A stretch of 13,844 nucleotides of DNA, taken from positions 1 to 13,844 of the forward strand of contig CAZPWM010000083.1 of NCBI GenBank assembly GCA_964590575.1. The letters are read 5' to 3'. Source of the stretch: an uncultured archaeon. GTDB taxonomy: Archaea > Asgardarchaeota > Thorarchaeia > Thorarchaeales > Thorarchaeaceae. Below are positions 1 through 7,153 of the stretch, piece after piece (within the stretch, counting starts at the first letter, position 1; each line of letters starts with the position of its first letter). The translations under genes and the position numbers were made by a program. A model generated the notes under the pieces. That model was not told the DNA's origin. It did no database searches and saw nothing but the letters and a program-made list of their open reading frames with translations.

Positions 1-270
1 TGATGCCCCGGTTAGATCCGTTCCAGTGAATGCATCATCAATCTGGGCTTGAGCCCTCGCTCTCATCAGGATTGGACAGGGTTTGATACCACAGAGATGC
101 CGATGCCCCATACACCTAGCACACACTCTATCATTGAACGACAACTGCTTTGCCGATTTCGGCGTGGGGGCTAGTTTCATCTGCTCCAATTGATAATCAT
201 CCAAGTTTCTTTTCTTCTCAACAGGACTACGTATTGTTTCAGTACATTTAGACCTATACTTTCCTCTCAA
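1..270 (-). CDS. nreA: Nre family archaeal DNA repair protein (NreA-like), N-terminal part; runs off the left edge
   Basis: Not in the ORF track. The minus frame ending at position 1 is open from 294 and translates ...MKLAPTPKSAKQLSFNDRVCARCMGHRHLCGIKPCPILMRARAQAQIDDAFTGTDLTGAS. CxxCxGxRxLCGxxxCPIL followed by GAS (expected to continue SPP) is the Nre N-terminal signature. Start uncertain: TTG 270 (GGTG just upstream) or ATG 180. Confidence 0.85.
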   Translation of the reverse strand, partial: MRGKYRSKCTETIRSPVEKKRNLDDYQLEQMKLAPTPKSAKQLSFNDRVCARCMGHRHLCGIKPCPILMRARAQAQIDDAFTGTDLTGAS

Positions 271-283
271 AGACACCGAGAGA

Positions 284-763
284 TCAGAAGGGCTTCAGTA
301 ACCAGATCTGTCGGGTCTCATAGAATGACAATATAATTGCGATTAGACTCATCGCGATGAACATGATGTCCCCTCCTGTTAGGGGCCATGATGCAAAGGT
401 TATGAGATAGACAGCCAACATCGCACTGAATAGAGTGCCCAAGAAAAGGAATCTAGGGAGAAGACGTGTACCGAACTTGATGAAGAGAGAGAGTGAACCT
501 ACCCGGACTGTTCGTTTCACACTGTATACGCCATCGATATCCTTCTCGACTAAGTCAAGTTCCGACAGTTTGGTGAGATGATGGAGTGCAAGACTTGGAC
601 TTGAAAAACTCAAAGCCCTCTGAATATCTCTTACCCCCATCTCTCCATTAGATAGAAGTAATGCATAGACACTCATTGTTCGACCCTTGAGAAGTTTGTC
701 TACAAGGTTTCGATCAGTTTCATCATTCGAATTTGGCATAACATCGTCAATTGCAATTATCAT
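284..763 (-). CDS. Membrane-anchored winged-helix (ArsR-like) transcriptional regulator with two C-terminal TM helices
   Basis: wHTH motif MGVRDIQRALSFSSPSLALHHLTKLSELDLVEK, then two hydrophobic segments (FLFLGTLFSAMLAVYLITF; IMFIAMSLIAIILSFY). True start may be ATG 739. Confidence 0.8.
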   Translation of the reverse strand: MIIAIDDVMPNSNDETDRNLVDKLLKGRTMSVYALLLSNGEMGVRDIQRALSFSSPSLALHHLTKLSELDLVEKDIDGVYSVKRTVRVGSLSLFIKFGTRLLPRFLFLGTLFSAMLAVYLITFASWPLTGGDIMFIAMSLIAIILSFYETRQIWLLKPF

Positions 764-765
764 CT

Positions 766-806
766 ACAAATAAAATAGAGTGGATGGGCGCAATCGCCCA
801 TCACTC
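766..806 (-). terminator. GC-rich hairpin plus T-rich tract (intrinsic-terminator-like) overlapping the stop of the 801..1514 gene
   Basis: Plus strand GAGTG-G-ATGGGCG caat CGCCCAT-CACTC (778-806) forms a 12-bp stem with one bulge. On the minus strand it is followed by TATTTTATTTGT. Confidence 0.55.
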
Positions 807-1514
807 AGGATAAGATACGTTGGTTGTTATTGCAGTGTACAGGGCATTGATTCCAGCTGTCAAATGACCTCCTTCCAGGAGCCAGACTCCAGGATCTGCC
901 CCTGTATTGATAGGCCAGCCAAACATGTTGAACTCACCGCTCCAAGTTCCATTTTCCATAAAGAGCAGTCCGTCAGTATTGGAAAAGCCTGAGAAGAAAT
1001 ATGTACCATCATCGAAGTAGACATAGAAATAGAAGTCTATAGGCCAAGTAGTGGGGAATGAGTCCTCCGGAGGAGTCTCCGGTGCTTCCATCTGACCTAT
1101 ACCATCATCGATAAGTGATCCACTAATGCTGTTCCAGTCTGTGGTTGAGATATGACCGGTTCCAATGATTTCTGCGTCGTATGGTGAAAATAGTACTTGA
1201 ATATCGCCACCTGTGGTTGTACGGTTCATCCGAACTCCATCAACGTAAGCACCAGGTTCAGATTGTGCATAGAAGTCAGTGATGTCTTCATTCACGAAGG
1301 TGCAATTTAACATGAAATAGAATTGCACATGTTCATTCATTGAATTAAGGAAAATAGCAGTTTCCGCACCCAACCCTGTGGGAGTTGGCGGTGTTGGTTC
1401 ATTGCCTCCTGGAAAGTAAATTGCCAAAGCAACAACTCCCGCTGTAATGACAACGGCAGCTAGCACTGAAGCCATGACTTTCCCTGAAACACCTGTATCG
1501 AAATTTCTCATCAT
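801..1514 (-). CDS. Membrane-anchored or secreted acidic surface protein, hypothetical
   Basis: N-terminal hydrophobic segment (VMASVLAAVVITAGVVALAIYF), Pro/Thr linker (EPTPPTPT), acidic body with no Lys after residue 12, sequons NCT, NRT, NGT and NVS. SD-like AGGTAAT before the ATG. Confidence 0.8.
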   Translation of the reverse strand: MMRNFDTGVSGKVMASVLAAVVITAGVVALAIYFPGGNEPTPPTPTGLGAETAIFLNSMNEHVQFYFMLNCTFVNEDITDFYAQSEPGAYVDGVRMNRTTTGGDIQVLFSPYDAEIIGTGHISTTDWNSISGSLIDDGIGQMEAPETPPEDSFPTTWPIDFYFYVYFDDGTYFFSGFSNTDGLLFMENGTWSGEFNMFGWPINTGADPGVWLLEGGHLTAGINALYTAITTNVSYPE

Positions 1515-1569
1515 AATTACCTACAAGGATTATAGTGATGAAATTGAATATGACTCTACGTTTTGTACA

Positions 1570-1605
1570 GGGTGTTCGATTTACTGAACAGCCCAAAGTA
1601 TATTT
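1570..1605 (+). promoter_or_regulatory. Candidate BRE/TATA for the 1633 gene with an upstream inverted repeat
   Basis: CCCAAA-GTATATTT (1592-1605) lies about 30 nt before ATG 1633, with no SD (leaderless-type). GGGTGTTC-N8-GAACAGCCC inverted repeat at 1570-1594. Confidence 0.4.
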
Positions 1606-1632
1606 CACTATCACTTCTAGCACGTTATAGTC

Positions 1633-1935
1633 ATGCCAACACGAAGAGAAACAATCGCGGAACTCTTGGAAAGAGCAGAGCATCCAATGACTGCTGAGGA
1701 AATCTGTGAGATACTGGACATTAAGAAACGGTCAATTGTGTATGAGGATATAGATCACATCTCTAAATCCGTGAAGAGGGAAAACAAAGAACTTCTGATT
1801 CGTCCAGCAAGTTGTGGAAAATGCCAGTTTGTATTCAAGGTTGGAAAGACAGCAAAAGCACCTAGTAAATGTCCCAAGTGTAGGTCTCAGTGGATTCTCG
1901 CCCCAGCGTTCATCATCAGATACAGAAAGCGATAA
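1633..1935 (+). CDS. Archaeal transcriptional regulator, HTH fused to Zn ribbon (COG3357 / PF0610-like)
   Basis: TRRETIAELL...VYEDIDHISKS...PASCGKCQFVF...PSKCPKCRSQWILAP matches the family pattern, with two CxxC pairs. Confidence 0.9.
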   Translation: MPTRRETIAELLERAEHPMTAEEICEILDIKKRSIVYEDIDHISKSVKRENKELLIRPASCGKCQFVFKVGKTAKAPSKCPKCRSQWILAPAFIIRYRKR

Positions 1936-2241
1936 TCAATCCAGTTTGTGAACTTTCTTTATGCCAGCACCTTCGTGTTTAATGTCGGTCACGCGAGAAA
2001 CAATGAAGTCAGAGAGTCCATACTCCGCCTCCTCAACATAACCGTGAACTATCACTTTCATACCAATCCGAGGGAGGAATCTGTGCTTATCCATGACACC
2101 AGAGGAAAGTCGCACATTATACGTCTGACCTGTTTCCTCGTGTTGCACCACAATATCAGTTGTCCCATACCATCTACGAGATGACACTTGGGTTGTTTTG
2201 CTCTTGCCAACCTCTCGAATGATTCCCCTAATCACAGTCAA
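1936..2241 (-). CDS. Small OB-fold-like hypothetical protein
   Basis: Beta-rich pattern VIRGIIREV...YNVRL...RIGMKVIVHGYVE...FIVSRVTDI is typical of OB folds. The TTG start overlaps the EndoQ TGA stop (TTGA, 2238-2241). Confidence 0.65.
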   Translation of the reverse strand: MTVIRGIIREVGKSKTTQVSSRRWYGTTDIVVQHEETGQTYNVRLSSGVMDKHRFLPRIGMKVIVHGYVEEAEYGLSDFIVSRVTDIKHEGAGIKKVHKLD

Positions 2242-3515
2242 CGCTTTTCACATTCCCATGGAGGTATGAGTGAACCATATCGACCACCGCCACCAATTAC
2301 ATATCCTATCGATTTAGTCCGATATGCTTCAATCATCTGAGCCACTCGTTCATTTTTCGCTCTTATTTCTTCTATAGGGGTTTCAGTAAGGATGAGTGTT
2401 TCGGGGCCGAATTGTTCTCGCATTTTGTCATAGAGAAACCTTACCTGTTTCGAAGTGGAGGATTTCACATCAAGAGAGAGTGCAATAATATCTAAGAGTG
2501 GTGCAATGTGTATGTAAGGTGGACGATGAGAAGGAGTTATTACTTCTCCATCTCCTATTGCAGCCGCACGGTCGTTAACTCCAAGTCTGAGTTTTTTGCC
2601 ATCAGCTGGACATATCACCTTCCGTTGGTGGATTTCGTCTAGAAGACGCTTTTTTTCTGCGGAATTCTCACAACTAATGTAAATATTCAAGTCATCGAAA
2701 CTTGGTGGTTCGTTTCCATATTGTACAATTAGGGTCCTCCTGCAACTTGAGCAGAATGACAAGAAATACTTGCCAAGCCTAGGATCAAGTCCAACATTCA
2801 GCACAGGTTTCCGTTCATTCTTGCGGATGATTGCACGCTTGAGTTCATCAAATGTGGGTTTCATCATCTCAAACCTCACAAATTCTCGGCCGAGTTTGTT
2901 TGGAGACGGAGAGTGTGCGTCGCTGGATGTGATGAATGTAAGACGCCTGAGATCAGGAATGAAGTCTGCTGTATTGGAGTCTGCTGAGAGACCCAACTCT
3001 AAGAAATGGATATAGGGAGTTTCACTACCGTAACATGATTTCAGACTTGTGTGTTTATTCTCTCGAAAGATAGACCTAAACGGGGTAAATGCATGTGCTG
3101 GTCCTATCATTCCACCGGCGTCTCTGACTAGTCCTGCAAGCGTTTCACCATATACTCGTACTCGTGGGCGTCCGCCCCACTCATCATCGATATTGGGAGA
3201 ATGTGATTTCAGGGTTTTTCTCAGTGCTTCTACAGATTCAAAATCAGGGAGAACAATGAGATGATGGATTGACTCGTTGTCTTCAATCTCGACAGTAGGG
3301 ATGAATGAAATAGAGTCATGGGTCAGTATATCATCCTTTAAGACGAGGTTCTTTCGAAGGTGTCTAAGCCAATCTGGTTGAGTAGCATCACCGGTTCCAA
3401 TTAGGTGCAATCCCTTTTCATTGGCACCTTGAGCGAGCATTGGAATGGTCATGTTTTTACTTACACCAATTGAATGCAATGAATGGATATGCAGATCCGT
3501 ATCGAATAGAGGCAT
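2238..3515 (-). CDS. endoQ: Endonuclease Q family (PHP phosphoesterase with Zn ribbon, TIGR00375/COG1379)
   Basis: DLHIHS, GTGD, EIED...IHHL, GPAHAFTP, ELGLSADS, SDAHSP..LGRE, GLDPRLGKY, RPPY..IAPL and GGGGRYG are collinear with Thermococcales EndoQ as recalled. SD GAGGT upstream. Confidence 0.92.
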   Translation of the reverse strand: MPLFDTDLHIHSLHSIGVSKNMTIPMLAQGANEKGLHLIGTGDATQPDWLRHLRKNLVLKDDILTHDSISFIPTVEIEDNESIHHLIVLPDFESVEALRKTLKSHSPNIDDEWGGRPRVRVYGETLAGLVRDAGGMIGPAHAFTPFRSIFRENKHTSLKSCYGSETPYIHFLELGLSADSNTADFIPDLRRLTFITSSDAHSPSPNKLGREFVRFEMMKPTFDELKRAIIRKNERKPVLNVGLDPRLGKYFLSFCSSCRRTLIVQYGNEPPSFDDLNIYISCENSAEKKRLLDEIHQRKVICPADGKKLRLGVNDRAAAIGDGEVITPSHRPPYIHIAPLLDIIALSLDVKSSTSKQVRFLYDKMREQFGPETLILTETPIEEIRAKNERVAQMIEAYRTKSIGYVIGGGGRYGSLIPPWECEKR

Positions 3516-3526
3516 ACACAGATACC

Positions 3527-4519
3527 TCAGAGATTGATAACAACTTTAGTCACTGATGGTTGGTTTGCAAACTCAAATGCCTTAGCTCCATCCTCTAGAC
3601 GGAATGCTTTTGAAACAAGACGCTTTACCTCAATACGACCCTTTTGAAGCATCTCGAGGGCTTCAGGATAAGGACCTCTGCTTGCACCTTTAACAGTGAG
3701 TTCCTTGTTCACAATAAGAGTTGGATTAAACGAATATTCAAGACCGTGCATGCTCTTCAGGTTGACAATTCCCCCGTTCCGAACAACATCAAATGCCATT
3801 CTAATGCCATCAGTGTTACCAGTGGCTTCTACAACAATTCTTGGACCGACACCATGAGTAGCATCAAGTATTTTCTTCTTCCAGTTATCATTGATATCCA
3901 TTGCACTCAACAAACCAAGTTGACGAGCAAGCCCTAGTTGCCATCGATTCCTTCCAATAATATATACATCAGCACCACTTGCATCGTACACTTGTGCTAA
4001 AAGAAGAGCAATCTTGCCACTGCCAATGATGAGCACTGCTTCACCACTTTCAGCAGGACTGTCAGATTCAGTTTTTATTGCAGATGCAAGAGGTTCTGTA
4101 AAAGTACCAGATATCACATCAACACCCGCAGGAAGGGGATGAACCAAGTCAGCAGGGACACAGATGTATTCTGAGAGACCTCCATCTCTTGTAATCCCAA
4201 GAACTTCCTTGTCCGCACACTGATGACGATTGCCAGTTCTACAGTACCAACATCGACCACAGGATATGTCAATTTCAGTTGTAACTATAGTGCCGGGAGT
4301 TAATTCGGGTACGGAACTCTCGTGCACAGCTCCAACAATTTCATGCCCCAGAACAATTGGAAGGGGAGCTTCAAAATCGCCCTTCCAGATCGAGAGATCG
4401 GTACCGCAGACACCTACAGAACGCACTTCTATTCGGACATCACCCGGCATGAGTGGTGGAATTGGAGTGTCCGCGATCTGAAGGCCATCTGCAGTTAATA
4501 CAAGCGACTGCATTTTCAA
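3527..4519 (-). CDS. Zn-dependent medium-chain alcohol dehydrogenase (threonine/sorbitol dehydrogenase-like)
   Basis: Catalytic Zn motifs GVCGTD and LGHE, structural Zn CGRCWYC..C, TEPLA, Rossmann IIGSGKIA, VVEATG. Start TTG 4519 or ATG 4513. Confidence 0.93.
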   Translation of the reverse strand: MKMQSLVLTADGLQIADTPIPPLMPGDVRIEVRSVGVCGTDLSIWKGDFEAPLPIVLGHEIVGAVHESSVPELTPGTIVTTEIDISCGRCWYCRTGNRHQCADKEVLGITRDGGLSEYICVPADLVHPLPAGVDVISGTFTEPLASAIKTESDSPAESGEAVLIIGSGKIALLLAQVYDASGADVYIIGRNRWQLGLARQLGLLSAMDINDNWKKKILDATHGVGPRIVVEATGNTDGIRMAFDVVRNGGIVNLKSMHGLEYSFNPTLIVNKELTVKGASRGPYPEALEMLQKGRIEVKRLVSKAFRLEDGAKAFEFANQPSVTKVVINL

Positions 4520-4543
4520 CTTCCATCTAATTTCCTGATGGGG

Positions 4544-4569
4544 AATAAATCCTTCGATGTTATCAACAT
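4544..4569 (-). promoter_or_regulatory. Candidate BRE-TATA for the dehydrogenase-endoQ-OB operon with adjacent palindrome
   Basis: Minus strand CGAAGG-ATTTATT (4556-4544), 25-30 nt before the start. ATGTT-atc-AACAT palindrome at 4557-4569 abuts the BRE. Confidence 0.45.
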
Positions 4570-4637
4570 ATCACTTATCAGATTCATCGCAGACCTCTAT
4601 CTTTGAGCTAAACAATCAGAATCACTGAGGGAATCAG

Positions 4638-5525
4638 ATGGAGAGGTCTGTAATGTTCAATGGTAGATTGAACAAGGATGAAGTAGACATTTGGTTGGAC
4701 CTATTAAAAAACACCAGCGAGTCTAGCTACAAAGATCGTGATCTCGCAAAAGCATTCTTGATGCTCCAAGAAAGTATGATGTTTGTTTCATCTCTAAAGA
4801 ACAAGACCATCGGTGGGACATCGATTTTCAAAGATAAAACTAGACTTGCGATGGTCCTGACTTCTGTTGTTGTAGATAAGGAGTTCCGAGAATCTACTGC
4901 CTATCAGATTATTAAATCGTCATTGCCGTTTTTCAAGACTGTAGCGATTCGTGACGTGGATGCATTAGTGTCATCTGAGTGTAGTGAGAACTCGCTTGGA
5001 TTTCCCCTCAGTCTAGAACTTGATCCATGGGTTGCGGATATACTCAAGCGCATTGGATTTGAAAAAGTGGGAATCCTGGAACATTGCTCATTTGAGATAG
5101 ATGATATAATCAAAGAGAGTTCTATGCAGTGGGGAAAAGGAGTCAACAATGAAGGAATCAGAGAACTGATTTGGGATCAGAGCAAATCAATGGGATTGAT
5201 TAATTCTATTGTTTGGCTTGCCCGAGATTTTGCAGCAAGTAATAACTGTCTTGTGACAGTTTCTGTAGAGGGAGAAACAGCGGCAGTCGCAGGTTTCTGG
5301 AAAATGTCGAATGCACTTTGCGTTTCACCACTTGTCACAGACCCAGTGAAATTAAACTGGGAACAAGTAGCAGAGAGTTTAGTTGCAGAAGCCGTAAAAA
5401 GTGATGCAAAGCTAATTGAACTACCGCTCGTGGGAGAGGGACAAAAAGATTTAATCAGAGCACTTGAAAACAGATGTCGCTTTTCAGCGCGTAGGAAATT
5501 ATTATTGCTGAGGAAACCACTCTAG
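4638..5525 (+). CDS. Hypothetical protein with degenerate tandem GNAT-like fold
   Basis: FVSSLKNKTIGGTSI...SVVVDKEFR (motif A-like) and LKRIGFEKVG (motif B-like). The second half repeats the pattern (VSVEGETAAVAGF...VSPLVTDP). SD-like GAGGGA upstream. Confidence 0.6.
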   Translation: MERSVMFNGRLNKDEVDIWLDLLKNTSESSYKDRDLAKAFLMLQESMMFVSSLKNKTIGGTSIFKDKTRLAMVLTSVVVDKEFRESTAYQIIKSSLPFFKTVAIRDVDALVSSECSENSLGFPLSLELDPWVADILKRIGFEKVGILEHCSFEIDDIIKESSMQWGKGVNNEGIRELIWDQSKSMGLINSIVWLARDFAASNNCLVTVSVEGETAAVAGFWKMSNALCVSPLVTDPVKLNWEQVAESLVAEAVKSDAKLIELPLVGEGQKDLIRALENRCRFSARRKLLLLRKPL

Positions 5526-5583
5526 TTTTTAGATAGTGAGAAACCCTTTTGTTCGATACCACTTTGTCAAGGTTGGTCATAGC

Positions 5584-6588
5584 ATGTCTACAGTCAGTCT
5601 GAGAAAAAGCGGCACCGGTTTCTTATTGGAATACGGTGATGTGAAGCTCGCTCTTGACACAGGCATCCAGGGTGAAACTACACTTCTCTCACATTCTCAT
5701 TCAGACCACATTGGCGGTCTCAGAAACGCTAGGCACATCATTGCTACTGAAGGAACCTTCGATACCTGGCATGCAAGGAGATCAGACAAGCTTGGAAGTA
5801 AAACCATTATTAGGCATGGAGATATGTTTGGGCAGATAGGTGTAAATATCACAGCACTGAATGCAGGGCATGTTCTTGGTTCAACTATGTTTCTTCTGGA
5901 GTTTGATGATAGTCTCAAGGTCCTCTACACAGGAGATTTCAACAGTGTAGATAGTTTAGTTCACAAAGCAGCAAAACCTGTTGTAGCAGATGTTTTGATA
6001 ACTGAGGCGACTTACGGAACTCCGCAGTGGGTTTTTCCAAAAAGGAAGATAGTCTACAACAATATTCTTGATGCTGCAACAAAGGTCGTAGATGAAGGTC
6101 GAATACCTCTGTTCCACGCATATTCACTGGGAAAGTCTCAGGAAGCAATTGCACTTCTCCAGAGTGGGGGATTCAGAGTGATATCTGGAAACACAAGTAT
6201 AGACAAGGTTTGCTCAGTTTACAAACAACACGGAGTCGATTTGCGACATCATACGATACAGAGTGAAAACATTACGGATATTCTTGATGAAGGAGCAGTC
6301 ATAGTGAGTTCGTCTTTTCGCCATACCAAAGACAACCTCCAACGTACACTAGGCAAGAGTGTGTTTGCTAAGTATGAAACCAGACTTGAGCATTTCAATC
6401 TCTCAGGATGGACCATGGCTAAATATAGAGAAAGAGGGTTTCCATTGAGTGCTCATTCTGATTTCAATGGTTTGCTGAACTTTGCTAGAGAAGTCAAACC
6501 ACGAGTTGCATACTGCTTCACAGAGAATGGGAGAACACTCTCAAAACATCTTTCAGACAATGGCATACATGCTGTGCCACTCGAGTAG
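5584..6588 (+). CDS. Metallo-beta-lactamase / beta-CASP family nuclease
   Basis: ALDTG, SHSHSDH, AGHVLGS, YTGD, TEATYG, YSLGKSQE, LSAHSDF. ATG 5584 is preferred over the in-frame GTG 5536. Confidence 0.9.
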   Translation: MSTVSLRKSGTGFLLEYGDVKLALDTGIQGETTLLSHSHSDHIGGLRNARHIIATEGTFDTWHARRSDKLGSKTIIRHGDMFGQIGVNITALNAGHVLGSTMFLLEFDDSLKVLYTGDFNSVDSLVHKAAKPVVADVLITEATYGTPQWVFPKRKIVYNNILDAATKVVDEGRIPLFHAYSLGKSQEAIALLQSGGFRVISGNTSIDKVCSVYKQHGVDLRHHTIQSENITDILDEGAVIVSSSFRHTKDNLQRTLGKSVFAKYETRLEHFNLSGWTMAKYRERGFPLSAHSDFNGLLNFAREVKPRVAYCFTENGRTLSKHLSDNGIHAVPLE

Positions 6589-6598
6589 GTGATCTGTC

Positions 6599-7153
6599 GT
6601 GGAAAAAGTTCTGTCAGAGATGGTTGAGCCAGTGCACGCAGATTCTTTCTTTTCTGTTTCTCGGACAGGAGAGGTACATGAACGACTTTGCTTTGAGTAT
6701 CTTGATCCTGAAGGTTATTATCGCAGAGTTCTACGTGATGAGAAGCTCCAAAGAAAAGAAATAGAGAATCTCGTCGGCAATATGCAGTATTTTCTTGACT
6801 TAGAGAGAGTTGAGATTAACAGCGAACGAGTTAGGTCGCATGTGGACTACTGTGATATTTTCCTAAAAGGCGCAACAGAAGTCGTGTCTGTGATCTACTT
6901 GATTGACTTTTCAGGGAAGTTCCAAGCTGGAGTCAATAAAATTGAGACTTGGCTTGAAGAAGAAGAAGCACCCTACGACTTCGAAATCATATGGAGATTT
7001 CCTGTTGGTACAAACATCAAAGAGATTGAAACAATCATGGACTTCGAGATTTATGGAGATCTTGTGACTCTGTGGGCACTAGAGGGAAACGAGGTTGGTG
7101 GCTACGAGAGGATGGAATTCGACTTGACAAATTTTATGGTTGATGCAAGGTGA
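6599..7153 (+). CDS. Conserved archaeal hypothetical protein (acidic, beta-rich)
   Basis: Long ORF with a strong SD (AGGTGATCTG) 2 nt before GTG. Motifs Y.DP..YY, NMQYFLD.E.V.IN, EEE.A.YDFEIIW..P and VGGYE..F resemble, from recall, an uncharacterised family in TACK/Asgard archaea. Confidence 0.8.
   Translation: MEKVLSEMVEPVHADSFFSVSRTGEVHERLCFEYLDPEGYYRRVLRDEKLQRKEIENLVGNMQYFLDLERVEINSERVRSHVDYCDIFLKGATEVVSVIYLIDFSGKFQAGVNKIETWLEEEEAPYDFEIIWRFPVGTNIKEIETIMDFEIYGDLVTLWALEGNEVGGYERMEFDLTNFMVDAR

Noticed and set aside
747-806. Selenocysteine read-through of the TGA at 803-801 directed by the adjacent hairpin
   Set aside because: The TGA lies inside the stem. Read-through adds only 17 codons before another TGA and is out of frame with the next gene. 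The protein resembles no selenoprotein and no SECIS core is evident.
780-1683. ORF-track entries 780..992 (+) and 1399..1683 (-)
   Set aside because: They overlap better-supported genes antisense or out of frame and have no motifs.
1948-4481. Plus-strand ORFs 1948..2184, 2770..3015, 3049..3264, 3644..3937 and 4230..4481
   Set aside because: Antisense shadows of the OB-fold, endoQ and dehydrogenase genes, with Ser/Pro/Arg-rich non-protein-like composition.
5536-5583. GTG 5536 as the start of the beta-CASP gene
   Set aside because: The extra 16 residues precede the expected first MBL strand, and ATG 5584 gives a typical N-terminus. Not fully excluded.
4904-6154. ORFs 4904..5149, 5654..5839, 5697..5918 and 5939..6154
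   Set aside because: Fully nested in the GNAT-like or beta-CASP genes with no independent evidence.
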